Shown here: positions 47,369-56,412 of the stretch, one piece after another
How positions within the stretch are numbered: position 1 is the stretch's first letter
Layout: each line of letters opens with the position of its first letter
Translations under genes and position numbers: made by a program
Assembly (NCBI GenBank): GCA_964387845.1
Contig: CAYLXA010000002.1
Coordinates: 64,001 to 128,000, forward strand
Origin: an uncultured bacterium
GTDB taxonomy: Bacteria; Omnitrophota; Omnitrophia; Omnitrophales; Abzuiibacteriaceae
Direction of reading: 5' to 3'
Length of the DNA stretch: 64,000 nt
The notes under the pieces: model-generated
Seen by the model: only the letters and a program-made list of their open reading frames with translations
What the model was told of the DNA's origin: nothing
The model's database searches: none

Positions 47369-48379
47369 ATGAATCTTAAAGGCAAAAGAGTTCTGGTTAC
47401 CGGAGCCGATGGTTTTATCGGTTCTCATTTGACCGAAGCGCTGGTGAGGCGTGGATGTAACGTACGCGCGTTCGTATTTTACAATTCGTTCAATTCATGG
47501 GGCTGGCTGGATGAGTCGCCAAAGGATATCAGAAAGTCTTTGGACGTGGTTGCTGGAGATGTCCGCGATCCGCACGGTGTCCGAGAAGCCGTAAAGGGAT
47601 GTGACGTTGTCATGCACCTGGCAGCGCTTATTTCAATTCCGTTTTCGTATCATTCGCCGGATGCTTTTGTTGATACAAACATAAAGGGGACTCTCAACGT
47701 GTTGCAGGCATCTCGAGATTCAAAAGTAAGCAAAATTATTCATACCTCCACGAGCGAAGTTTACGGAACCGCGCAGTTTGTGCCCATTACGGAAGAGCAC
47801 CCATTGCAGGGCCAATCACCCTATTCGGCCTCAAAAATTGGGGCTGATCAGATGGCTACGGCTTTTCACTCAGCGTTCCAAACACCGGTTTGTATTTTTC
47901 GGCCGTTCAATACATATGGTCCAAGGCAGTCAGCGCGCGCGGTTATTCCTTCTATTATTATTCAAATCGCAACGGGAAAGAGTGAGATCAAGCTTGGATC
48001 TGTCCATCCAACTCGAGATTTTACCTATGTATCCGACACGGTCGAAGGTTTTATCAAAGCCGCGGAATCAGAAAAGTCGGTTGGCGAGGTGATTAACGGG
48101 GGTAGTAATTTTGAGATCTCAATTTCGGATACCGTAAAATTGATTAGCAAAATCTTAAACCGAAAAATTGCGGTCATAAGCGATAATCAAAGAATTCGCC
48201 CGAAAGCAAGCGAGGTGGAGCGATTGTGGGCTGACAATAAGAAGGCAAAAAAACTACTTAACTGGAAGCCTGCGCATAGCGGTTTAGAAGGTTTTGAAAA
48301 GGGGCTAAGAAAAACCGTGGACTGGATCTCGCAAGCGGATATTTTAAAGCGATACAAAGAAGAGATTTATAACATTTAA
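47369..48379 (+). CDS. NAD-dependent nucleotide-sugar 4,6-dehydratase/epimerase (LegB-like candidate)
   Basis: 'VLVTGADGFIGSHLTEAL' Rossmann fold, plus TSE and YxxxK ('YSASKIGADQ'). It is the first gene of the Leg-type sub-cluster. Confidence 0.7.
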   Translation: MNLKGKRVLVTGADGFIGSHLTEALVRRGCNVRAFVFYNSFNSWGWLDESPKDIRKSLDVVAGDVRDPHGVREAVKGCDVVMHLAALISIPFSYHSPDAFVDTNIKGTLNVLQASRDSKVSKIIHTSTSEVYGTAQFVPITEEHPLQGQSPYSASKIGADQMATAFHSAFQTPVCIFRPFNTYGPRQSARAVIPSIIIQIATGKSEIKLGSVHPTRDFTYVSDTVEGFIKAAESEKSVGEVINGGSNFEISISDTVKLISKILNRKIAVISDNQRIRPKASEVERLWADNKKAKKLLNWKPAHSGLEGFEKGLRKTVDWISQADILKRYKEEIYNI

Positions 48380-48381
48380 CA

Positions 48382-49557
48382 ATGAAGCGAATAAAATCCA
48401 ACATAGACGCCACAAGTGTTCTGAAGGCTGTTAGGAAGTGCTTGCCCGGGGACAGTCGCCCCATCCAACTTCACGAGCCCTGGTTTGCCGGCAACGAGCA
48501 GAAGTATGTCAGTGCGTGCATTAAGAGCGGGATTGTTTCATCGATCGGGCCTTATGTTGAACAGTTTGAGAAACAATTGATCCGATTGACAGGCTCAAAA
48601 TTTGCAATTGCCACGATCAACGGAACAGCTGGGCTTCATACGGCACTCCGAATGGCCGGAGTAGAGGCAAATGATGAGGTTTTAGTGCCGTCATTGTCAT
48701 TCGTTGCAACATCAAATGCGATCGCGTATTGCGGCGCTATTCCTCATTTTATTGACAGTGAGATGCGGGCGCTTGGCGTTGATCCGCACAAGCTTCAGGA
48801 TTATTTGGTAAAAATATCCAAACGGCGAAATAGCGGCTTCATCAATAAAACAACAGGCCGGAGAATAAGAGCGGCGGTTGTGGTGCATACATTCGGCCAC
48901 CCGGCGGATCTTGACGCTATCCAGGCAGTTTGCAAAAAATTTAAACTTCCACTAATTGAAGATGCTGCAGAATCGATCGGATCCTATTACAAAGGGAAGC
49001 ACACCGGTACAATCGGAGACTTTGGTGTTTTAAGCTTTAACGGCAACAAAACAATCACGTCAGGCGGCGGAGGCGCGATTTTAGTACAGAATCAAAAACT
49101 GGCAAAACATCTCCGGCACATTACAACCACCGCTAAAATACCTCATGCTTGGCGTTATTATCATGATGAAATCGGATATAATTATCGGCTTCCCAATCTA
49201 AACGCTGCGCTTGGCTGTGCGCAATTGGAGTCGCTGCCGATGTTTATCAAGCGCAAACGGGCCTTAGCCAAACGTTACGAGAAGGCTTTCTCCCATATTA
49301 ATGGAGTTAGTTTTATTAAGGAACCTCCTTTTGCAAAAAGCAACTACTGGCTAAATGCTGTCAGGCTGGAAGGTGTTGGATTGCGGGAAAGAGATCGGTT
49401 TTTAACGCTTATGCACACGCACAACATTAAAACAAGGCCGGTGTGGACACTGACGCATCGTCTTCCTATGTATCGAAATTGCCCGCGAATGGATATGTCC
49501 GTATCAGAGAAAATTGAAAAAGAAACTATTAACCTGCCCAGCAGCCCAGCGTTATGA
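48382..49557 (+). CDS. DegT/DnrJ/EryC1/StrS-family PLP-dependent sugar aminotransferase (LegC/PglE-like)
   Basis: 'LHEPWFAGNEQKYVSACIKSG' N-terminus. PLP-lysine region 'SFNGNKTITSGGGGAIL'. Confidence 0.85.
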   Translation: MKRIKSNIDATSVLKAVRKCLPGDSRPIQLHEPWFAGNEQKYVSACIKSGIVSSIGPYVEQFEKQLIRLTGSKFAIATINGTAGLHTALRMAGVEANDEVLVPSLSFVATSNAIAYCGAIPHFIDSEMRALGVDPHKLQDYLVKISKRRNSGFINKTTGRRIRAAVVVHTFGHPADLDAIQAVCKKFKLPLIEDAAESIGSYYKGKHTGTIGDFGVLSFNGNKTITSGGGGAILVQNQKLAKHLRHITTTAKIPHAWRYYHDEIGYNYRLPNLNAALGCAQLESLPMFIKRKRALAKRYEKAFSHINGVSFIKEPPFAKSNYWLNAVRLEGVGLRERDRFLTLMHTHNIKTRPVWTLTHRLPMYRNCPRMDMSVSEKIEKETINLPSSPAL

Positions 49558-51737
49558 AGCGAAGAATTTGTGTAGTTACTAGTTCGCGCGCCGATTTTGG
49601 TCATCTGCAGTGGGTCATGACCTATCTGAAAAAAGATCCGAGAGTTCGCTTGCAAGTTGTGGTGACCGGCTCACACTTATCTCGCGCGCATGGAACCACC
49701 TTGCGCGAAATTCAGGACGCGGGAATTTCTGAATCTGCTCGGATTCCAATCATTGCAAAAGGGGATTCTGTTGTTGCGATAACGCAAGCGGCTGGAATGG
49801 CATTGAGCAGATTTGCAAAGGTCTTTGACAGGCTCAAACCCGAATTGCTGCTGGTTGTGGGAGATCGTTATGAAATTCATTCGGCCGTAACGGCGGCGCT
49901 TCTCGCTAAAATTCCGGTTGCACATATTGCCGGTGGCGACATTACGGAAGGGGCATTCGATGACGCGTTGCGGCACAGTATCACCAAAATGGCTCATTTG
50001 CACTTTGTGACAAATGCCGTGTCGGCGAAACGAATTCGGCACATGGGAGAAAACCCTTCGCATATTTTTAACGTTGGAAATCCTGCGCTTGACCATGTAA
50101 CGAAATCAAAATTATTCACTAAAAACGAAATTGAGGAGAAGCTTGCTTTCAAAATGCGCTCACGCAATATCTTGATTACGTTTCATCCGGTTACGCTGGA
50201 CACCGAACCATCTGACCGGCAATTTAAACAGTTGCTGAGCTCGCTGAATCGGTTGGGAGACGAATATGGCCTTATTTTTACTAGGCCCAACGCGGATCCG
50301 GCAGGACAAAAGATATCTAAATTGATCGATCATTTTGTCAAAACGCATTCAAACGCTATTGTAAAAGCCTCGCTAGGTCATTTGTTATACTTAAGCATCA
50401 TGAATGAAGTTGATTTGGTTGTCGGAAATTCATCAAGCGGGATTTATGAGGCGCCAACATTTAAAATTCCCACAGTTAACATCGGAAACCGGCAAAAAGG
50501 CCGCTTGCGAGCGGCTTCTGTGATTGATTGCGCGCCGAGCAGGGCGGCAATTAGCCGAGCAATTCGGTCAGCTCTAGCAAAGGATTGCTCGCAGGTTGAA
50601 AATCCTTACGGACGGGGAAATAGTTCCGAGCAAATTTATAAGATTATTCGCTCTGTCCAGAACCCAAAAACACTAATTCAAAAGAAATTTTATGATGCCG
50701 GCGTGCCCACTAAAACTGGGCCGGTTTATGTGATCGCCGAAGCGGGGGTGAATCATGGCGGCTCGCTGAAACTTGCAAAAAAACTGATCGACGCAGCTTC
50801 GCAAGCCGGCGCTAATGCGGTCAAGTTTCAAACTTTTGATTCGGATATGCTGGTAACGCGACAAGCTAAAAAAGCAAAATACCAGCAAGACACAACCGGC
50901 AAAAATGGGTCTCAATATGAAATGCTCAAAAAATTAGAACTCAGCCAGAAAGATCATTTTGCGCTGAAAGCTCACTGCAAAAAAAGAAAAATTGATTTTT
51001 TATCGACCCCTTTTGATTTAAAAAGCCTTGATTTCTTAATCAACAATCTGCAGGTCCGGAAAATTAAAATATCTTCAGGCGATATTACCAACGGGCCGCT
51101 ACTGTTGAAAGCTGCGGAATCAAAACTTCCGATTATTTTATCAACCGGAATGTCAACGCTTGACGAAATTGAAGCTGCCGTAAGATTGATCGAGAAAGGA
51201 TATCGATCCAGCGCCTCTCTTTTAAAATCAAACTTAAAACTGCTTCATTGTACAAGCGAATATCCGGCCTCATTTTCTGATATGAATTTGTTATCGATCG
51301 ATTTTTTAAGAAATTATTTTCAATTGGATGCCGGGCTGTCAGATCATTCGAGCGGGATAGCAGCTGCAATTGCAGCCGTAGGGCGCGGCGCATCCATTAT
51401 TGAAAAACACATTACTTTGAATAAAAGCATGGCAGGCCCCGATCACCGCGCATCGCTTGATCCGAATGAGTTTCGAGAACTGGTTCGATCAATTCGCCAA
51501 GTCGAAGAAGCTATGGGATCCTACGTAAAAAGGCCGGCAGCGTCAGAATTAAAAAACCGAAGCGCAGCCAGAAAGAGCATCGTCGCTTCCAAGCCGATTA
51601 AACGCGGAGAAAGGCTGACCCGTCACAATCTGGCGCTGAAGCGTCCCGGTGTCGGGATCAGCCCCATGAATCTTTCGGAAGTCATAGGACGACTATCAAC
51701 CAAAAATTATAAAAAAGACGATATCATTGTTATCTAA
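49554..51737 (+). CDS. fused hydrolysing UDP/GDP-HexNAc 2-epimerase (NeuC/LegG-like, N-terminal half) and nonulosonic acid synthase (NeuB/LegI-like, C-terminal half)
   Basis: Residues 1-~375 read 'VVTSSRADFGHL…VVGDRYEIHSA…HIAGGD…RHSITKMAHLHF', which align with E. coli NeuC. Residues ~385-727 read 'VYVIAEAGVNHGGSLKLAKKLIDAASQAGANAVKFQTF', the NeuB TIM barrel, and end in a C-terminal SAF domain. Confidence 0.85.
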   Translation: MKRRICVVTSSRADFGHLQWVMTYLKKDPRVRLQVVVTGSHLSRAHGTTLREIQDAGISESARIPIIAKGDSVVAITQAAGMALSRFAKVFDRLKPELLLVVGDRYEIHSAVTAALLAKIPVAHIAGGDITEGAFDDALRHSITKMAHLHFVTNAVSAKRIRHMGENPSHIFNVGNPALDHVTKSKLFTKNEIEEKLAFKMRSRNILITFHPVTLDTEPSDRQFKQLLSSLNRLGDEYGLIFTRPNADPAGQKISKLIDHFVKTHSNAIVKASLGHLLYLSIMNEVDLVVGNSSSGIYEAPTFKIPTVNIGNRQKGRLRAASVIDCAPSRAAISRAIRSALAKDCSQVENPYGRGNSSEQIYKIIRSVQNPKTLIQKKFYDAGVPTKTGPVYVIAEAGVNHGGSLKLAKKLIDAASQAGANAVKFQTFDSDMLVTRQAKKAKYQQDTTGKNGSQYEMLKKLELSQKDHFALKAHCKKRKIDFLSTPFDLKSLDFLINNLQVRKIKISSGDITNGPLLLKAAESKLPIILSTGMSTLDEIEAAVRLIEKGYRSSASLLKSNLKLLHCTSEYPASFSDMNLLSIDFLRNYFQLDAGLSDHSSGIAAAIAAVGRGASIIEKHITLNKSMAGPDHRASLDPNEFRELVRSIRQVEEAMGSYVKRPAASELKNRSAARKSIVASKPIKRGERLTRHNLALKRPGVGISPMNLSEVIGRLSTKNYKKDDIIVI

Positions 51738-51746
51738 AGACGCGTC

Positions 51747-52340
51747 ATGAGAGAAGAGATTGATAAACCCATTATTGTGATTGGGGCTGGAGGGCATGCC
51801 AAAGTCCTGATCGACGCACTGCGGTTAATGGGATGCCAGGTGTTGGGCGCAACCGAAAAAAAACCGGAAATAATTGATCAGGCAAAACTTCCGGTGAAGC
51901 TTTTGGGAAACGACGATGAAATATTAAAGCATTCACCCGACAGCATACTGCTCGTTAACGGTGTAGGCCAAGTTGGGGTAGGGCCAAGTCGCTCTCAGAT
52001 ATTTGATAGATATAAATCAAAAGGCTATCGGTTTGCAATCATCCAACATCCCCGAGCCGTTGTCGCGGCTGATGTTGAATTGCATGAGGGCGCACAAATT
52101 ATGGCTGGTGCAATCATTCAAACTGCTTCCAAAATTGGCTGTAACACCATTGTGAATACAGGCGCATCGATTGACCATGATTGCCAAATTGAAAGCCATG
52201 TCCATATTGCGCCTGGAGCCATTTTGTGCGGGATGGTTGAAGTGGGAGAGGGATCTCATATTGGCGTTGGTGCTATTCTCATTAACAATACAAAAGTGCC
52301 GCGAAACAGTTTTATTAAGTCCGGTACTCTGGTGAAGTAA
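51747..52340 (+). CDS. hexapeptide-repeat sugar N-acetyltransferase (NeuD/PglD/LegH family)
   Basis: 'IIVIGAGGHAKVLIDAL' Rossmann-like N-domain followed by a left-handed beta-helix. Confidence 0.8.
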   Translation: MREEIDKPIIVIGAGGHAKVLIDALRLMGCQVLGATEKKPEIIDQAKLPVKLLGNDDEILKHSPDSILLVNGVGQVGVGPSRSQIFDRYKSKGYRFAIIQHPRAVVAADVELHEGAQIMAGAIIQTASKIGCNTIVNTGASIDHDCQIESHVHIAPGAILCGMVEVGEGSHIGVGAILINNTKVPRNSFIKSGTLVK

Positions 52341-52350
52341 GGAGTTTGTT

Positions 52351-53397
52351 ATGGAAATTTGGAAAAAAACGCTCGTATCAAAGTTAACGCCGATCAAAGA
52401 AGTGATTAAAGTAATCGATGCGGGATCTTTGCAAATTGCTTTGGTCGTTGATGAAAATTATAAGCTTTTAGGAACCGTTACCGACGGTGATGTTCGCCGC
52501 GGCATTTTAAAAAACATATCCATGAATGATCCCGTGCACAAAATTATGCAGTCGAAACCAGTCATTGCAAAACTGGGCGAGGAGCGAGAAAAAGTTTTGG
52601 TACGCATGAAAGAAAAGCAGATCAATCAAATTCCATATCTTGATCAAGCGGGGCGTGTCAAAGGACTTGAAGTTATCCATGATTTGCTTAACGGATCCGC
52701 AAAAGATAATCCTGTATTATTGATGGTGGGCGGCCTGGGAAGCCGGCTGCAACCAATCACAAACGATCTTCCGAAGCCGCTCATTAAAGTCGGTGGCAAG
52801 CCGATTTTGGAACGCATTTTAGAGGATTTGATTGAATACGGCTTCCGGAAGTTTTACTTTTCCGTATTTTATAAATCCGAAATGATTCAAGAATATTTCG
52901 GTGATGGCAGCCGCTGGGATGTGGAAATTCGGTATATTCGCGAGCAAAAGAGAATGGGCACTGCCGGCGCCTTGAGCCTTCTTCCTGAAAAGCCTTCGGC
53001 ACCAATTTTAATTATGAACGGAGATTTGGTTACAAAAGTTAATTTTCAGCATCTTTTTGATTTTCATCAGCAGCAATCCGGCGATTTGACCGTGTGCGTC
53101 CGTGAGTATGATTTTCAAGTGCCTTACGGCGTTATTAAAATGAACGGTCATCTTATTTCAGGCATCGACGAAAAACCGGTGCATAAGTTTTTTGTAAACG
53201 CCGGAATTTATTTGATGGAGCCTGCGCTTTTGCGAAACATATCCAAAAACCGTTTTTTAGACATGACCCAGCTGATTGAAAAATTGAAGTCCAAAAAGAA
53301 AATTCTCGCATTTCCGATCCGTGAATATTGGCTCGATATCGGCCGGCACGACGACTTAAAGCGTGCAACCGAAGAAATCGAGTCGTTGTTTAAATAA
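52351..53397 (+). CDS. CBS-pair plus sugar-phosphate nucleotidyltransferase (PtmE-like, GDP-HexNAc forming candidate)
   Basis: Two N-terminal CBS motifs. Then 'LMVGGLGSRLQPITNDLPKPLIKVGGKPILERIL', the G-x-G-T/S-R-L NTase signature. Confidence 0.8.
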   Translation: MEIWKKTLVSKLTPIKEVIKVIDAGSLQIALVVDENYKLLGTVTDGDVRRGILKNISMNDPVHKIMQSKPVIAKLGEEREKVLVRMKEKQINQIPYLDQAGRVKGLEVIHDLLNGSAKDNPVLLMVGGLGSRLQPITNDLPKPLIKVGGKPILERILEDLIEYGFRKFYFSVFYKSEMIQEYFGDGSRWDVEIRYIREQKRMGTAGALSLLPEKPSAPILIMNGDLVTKVNFQHLFDFHQQQSGDLTVCVREYDFQVPYGVIKMNGHLISGIDEKPVHKFFVNAGIYLMEPALLRNISKNRFLDMTQLIEKLKSKKKILAFPIREYWLDIGRHDDLKRATEEIESLFK

Positions 53398-53420
53398 GCC
53401 GTCGTGGCTCCTCAAGATTT

Positions 53421-54224
53421 ATGAACTCATCAACCGTACCCCAAATCAGCATTTTACTTTGTGTTCACAACGGTGAACGAACAGTTGAGCAAGCGATCAA
53501 CAGTCTTCTTGCTCAGACGTTTAAGGATTTTGAGCTCATCGTGATCAATGATGGGTCAACCGATTCTACTCTCGCTCAGTTAGAGAAATTTCAAGACCCA
53601 AGAATCTTCATTCAAAGCATCCCCCGGCGCGGACTCACGAAAGCGCTCAATGTGGGGCTTGCTCAATGCCGCGGTGAATTCATTGCGCGCGTCGATGCTG
53701 ATGATGTTGCGCTGCCTAATCGGCTTGAGCGCCAGGCTGTATTCTTAAATAAGCATCGAAGCGTGGGCGTGATTGGGACCGGGTATGAAATTTTAACTGA
53801 AAACGGTTCGCGAAAACGGGCGACCGTCCCTCTCCTGGAAACCGATTATGAAATCAAGCAAGCTCTTCCGAAATTTAACCCGTTTCACCACGGGTCAGTC
53901 ATGATTCGCCGGCAAATTTTGATCGAAGAGGGCGGCTATGATGAAAATTTTAAACTGGCTCAGGATTATGAACTGTGGCTCAGGCTATCAGGACGTTGCC
54001 AAATGGCTAATATCGGGGAAGTTCTGATGGTGCGCAGAGAGGGCCGAGAAACACTCAAAAAAGAACGCGAACAAAATTGGTACGGAATCAAGGCCAGATT
54101 GAAAGCAATTCAGCGAGGGAATTTAAGTTTTTGGAACGTGATCTACATTCTTCGCCCATTTTTAGTTGTGCTAACACCGGACTGGATAAAATCCGTTATT
54201 CGAAAATTGATCCGAAATGCCTAA
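53421..54224 (+). CDS. glycosyltransferase family 2
   Basis: 'ISILLCVHNGERTVEQAINSLLAQTFKDFELIVINDGSTDST' and a 'DADD' DxD motif. Confidence 0.8.
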   Translation: MNSSTVPQISILLCVHNGERTVEQAINSLLAQTFKDFELIVINDGSTDSTLAQLEKFQDPRIFIQSIPRRGLTKALNVGLAQCRGEFIARVDADDVALPNRLERQAVFLNKHRSVGVIGTGYEILTENGSRKRATVPLLETDYEIKQALPKFNPFHHGSVMIRRQILIEEGGYDENFKLAQDYELWLRLSGRCQMANIGEVLMVRREGRETLKKEREQNWYGIKARLKAIQRGNLSFWNVIYILRPFLVVLTPDWIKSVIRKLIRNA

Positions 54225-56412
54225 AATTAAAATCCTATTCATTGATTCTCGCGGAGACTTTGGCGGGGGATCGAACCATCTGCTGTCCATTTTGGAATCT
54301 CTGGATCCGAATAAATTCGACGCATTTGTTGCAGCGCCGTCCGGTCAAGGCAATTCGGAGAAATACCGGAAACTTTGCCGTGCATTCTGTGATATTCCAT
54401 TCCGGAAATTTTCACTCGATGCTTTTCGTGATTTAGTTGAGTTTGCCGAAACCCACCAAGTTCATTTTGTCCATTCCCACGGCCGCGGGGCTGGCATCTA
54501 TAGCCGCTTTATTTTTTGGAAAACCAAAATTCCGGCCATTCATACTTTTCACGGAATTTCTTATGGATTCTTCGGAGCATTCATCGACCGCTTTTTAAAA
54601 AAATGGACAGCCAGGTTTATCCATGTTTCTGATTCTGAGCGGGAAGCCGCGGCTAATCTTGGGGTTTCCGATCCGCGCAGGGCAGTGACCATCTACAACG
54701 GGATCGACTACAGGTGTTTTCAATCGGGTAAAAGCAGAAAAGATGCAAAAGCATCGCTTGGGTTAAGTTTAGATCATTTTGTCATTGGATGCGTGGCTAG
54801 ATTTGATGCTTGCAAGCGCCACCAAGATTTAATCGAAGCCTTGGCTTTATTGACTACTCGCTATCCCAATCTGCGTTTAGTGCTGGCTGGTGACGGCGAA
54901 ACGCGTATAAAGATCGAGCAATTGGCAAATGAATGTGGTGTCTTGGGTAAAGTTTTATTTTTGGGAGAACAAAAAAATCCTCAAATCGTTTATGCGGCAT
55001 CTGATGTATTCGTGCTCGCATCCGAATTTGAGGGCCTTCCTTTAGCGCCTCTGGAGGCGATGGCAGCGGGTTGTGCGGTTGTGTTATCGAATGTGCGCGG
55101 CAACCGGGATGTGGTTCAGGATGAAAAAGACGGCCTGCTATTCGAAGCAAAAAATCCGGAAGCGCTTGCTGCTGCCATTGCGCGGTTAATCGGCAGCCAG
55201 GAGCTGCAGTCAAGACTTATCGAATCGGCCCACAGGACCGTGATTGAGCGATTTTCCATCGATCGCATGCGTGCACAAATTTATGCTTTTTATGAAACCC
55301 TTGTTCCGGTTCCGAAATTCCGGAAAGCCGCGTTGACGCACGACTGGCTTTTTCATATGCGCGGAGGGGAAAAAGTTTTGGAGTCCATCGGAGAACTTTT
55401 TCCGCTTGCGCCCATCTACACGCTTTTTCTCGATCAGAAAAAACTGTCTGAATCCATTAACCGGCACCAGATAATTGCCTCGTGGCTGAACCAGATCCCT
55501 CTCATTGCCGGGTTTTACCGGTATCTACTCCCCCTATTTCCGTTGGTGATGAAGCAATTTGATATCAAAGATCATCTTTTAATCGTTAGCAGCAATCACT
55601 GCGCTGCTAAATCTATCTCGAAGGGGAGGCGCGCGCTACACATTTGCTATTGTCACGCACCAATGCGCTACGCATGGGGTTTTGAATCAGAATATTTTGG
55701 CCGGTTTCCGTTTTTTCTCCGCAGTCTGATCAGGACAGTTCTGAGCTGGCTTCGTTATCGCGATCTCGGATCTAATCCCGGCGTCGATCACTTTATTGCA
55801 AACTCTCAGAATATTAGAAAACGCATCAACCAATACTATGCAAGAGAAGCTGATGTGATTTACCCGCCGATTCAGAAGCGGTTGAAACAGTGTGAGCCTG
55901 CCCAATCGAGCGAGTACTTGATTGTCTCGGCGCTCGTTCCTTACAAACGGATCGATATAGCCGTGCAGGCATTCAACGAATTACAGCTTCCGCTAACAAT
56001 CATCGGGTCCGGCCCCTTATTGCCATCTCTGCAAAAGCAAGCGAAATCGAATATCCGGTTTTTGGGTTGGCAGCCTGATCATGAAGTCGCAAAATATTAT
56101 GCCAGCTGCAAAGCGCTCATTTTTCCGACCGAAGAAGACTTTGGCATGGTTCCGGTTGAGGCAATGATGTACGGAAAGCCGGTGATTGCGTTTGCGTGCG
56201 GCGGCGCGCTTGAAACCGTGATTCCCGGAAAAACAGGACTGCTTTTTGATGCACAAACACCGGAAGCGCTAACCAACGCCGTAAAACAGTTTTCCATTAA
56301 TCAGTTTGACTCTAAAGCCATTACAGCCTATGCTCAGAAATTTAGCGCCGAGCACTTTAATGATGCCGTTATAAAACTTTTGTCGGAATTTACCAATGGT
56401 CAAGCAAACTAA
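54217..56412 (+). CDS. tandem di-domain glycosyltransferase (two GT4 modules fused)
   Basis: Module 1 has 'ASEFEGLPLAPLEAMAAGCAVVLSNVRGNRDVVQDEKDGLLF'. Module 2 starts at 'ALTHDWLFHMRGGEKV' and ends with 'PTEEDFGMVPVEAMMYGKPVIAFACGGALETVIPGKTGLLF'. Confidence 0.75.
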   Translation: MPKIKILFIDSRGDFGGGSNHLLSILESLDPNKFDAFVAAPSGQGNSEKYRKLCRAFCDIPFRKFSLDAFRDLVEFAETHQVHFVHSHGRGAGIYSRFIFWKTKIPAIHTFHGISYGFFGAFIDRFLKKWTARFIHVSDSEREAAANLGVSDPRRAVTIYNGIDYRCFQSGKSRKDAKASLGLSLDHFVIGCVARFDACKRHQDLIEALALLTTRYPNLRLVLAGDGETRIKIEQLANECGVLGKVLFLGEQKNPQIVYAASDVFVLASEFEGLPLAPLEAMAAGCAVVLSNVRGNRDVVQDEKDGLLFEAKNPEALAAAIARLIGSQELQSRLIESAHRTVIERFSIDRMRAQIYAFYETLVPVPKFRKAALTHDWLFHMRGGEKVLESIGELFPLAPIYTLFLDQKKLSESINRHQIIASWLNQIPLIAGFYRYLLPLFPLVMKQFDIKDHLLIVSSNHCAAKSISKGRRALHICYCHAPMRYAWGFESEYFGRFPFFLRSLIRTVLSWLRYRDLGSNPGVDHFIANSQNIRKRINQYYAREADVIYPPIQKRLKQCEPAQSSEYLIVSALVPYKRIDIAVQAFNELQLPLTIIGSGPLLPSLQKQAKSNIRFLGWQPDHEVAKYYASCKALIFPTEEDFGMVPVEAMMYGKPVIAFACGGALETVIPGKTGLLFDAQTPEALTNAVKQFSINQFDSKAITAYAQKFSAEHFNDAVIKLLSEFTNGQAN

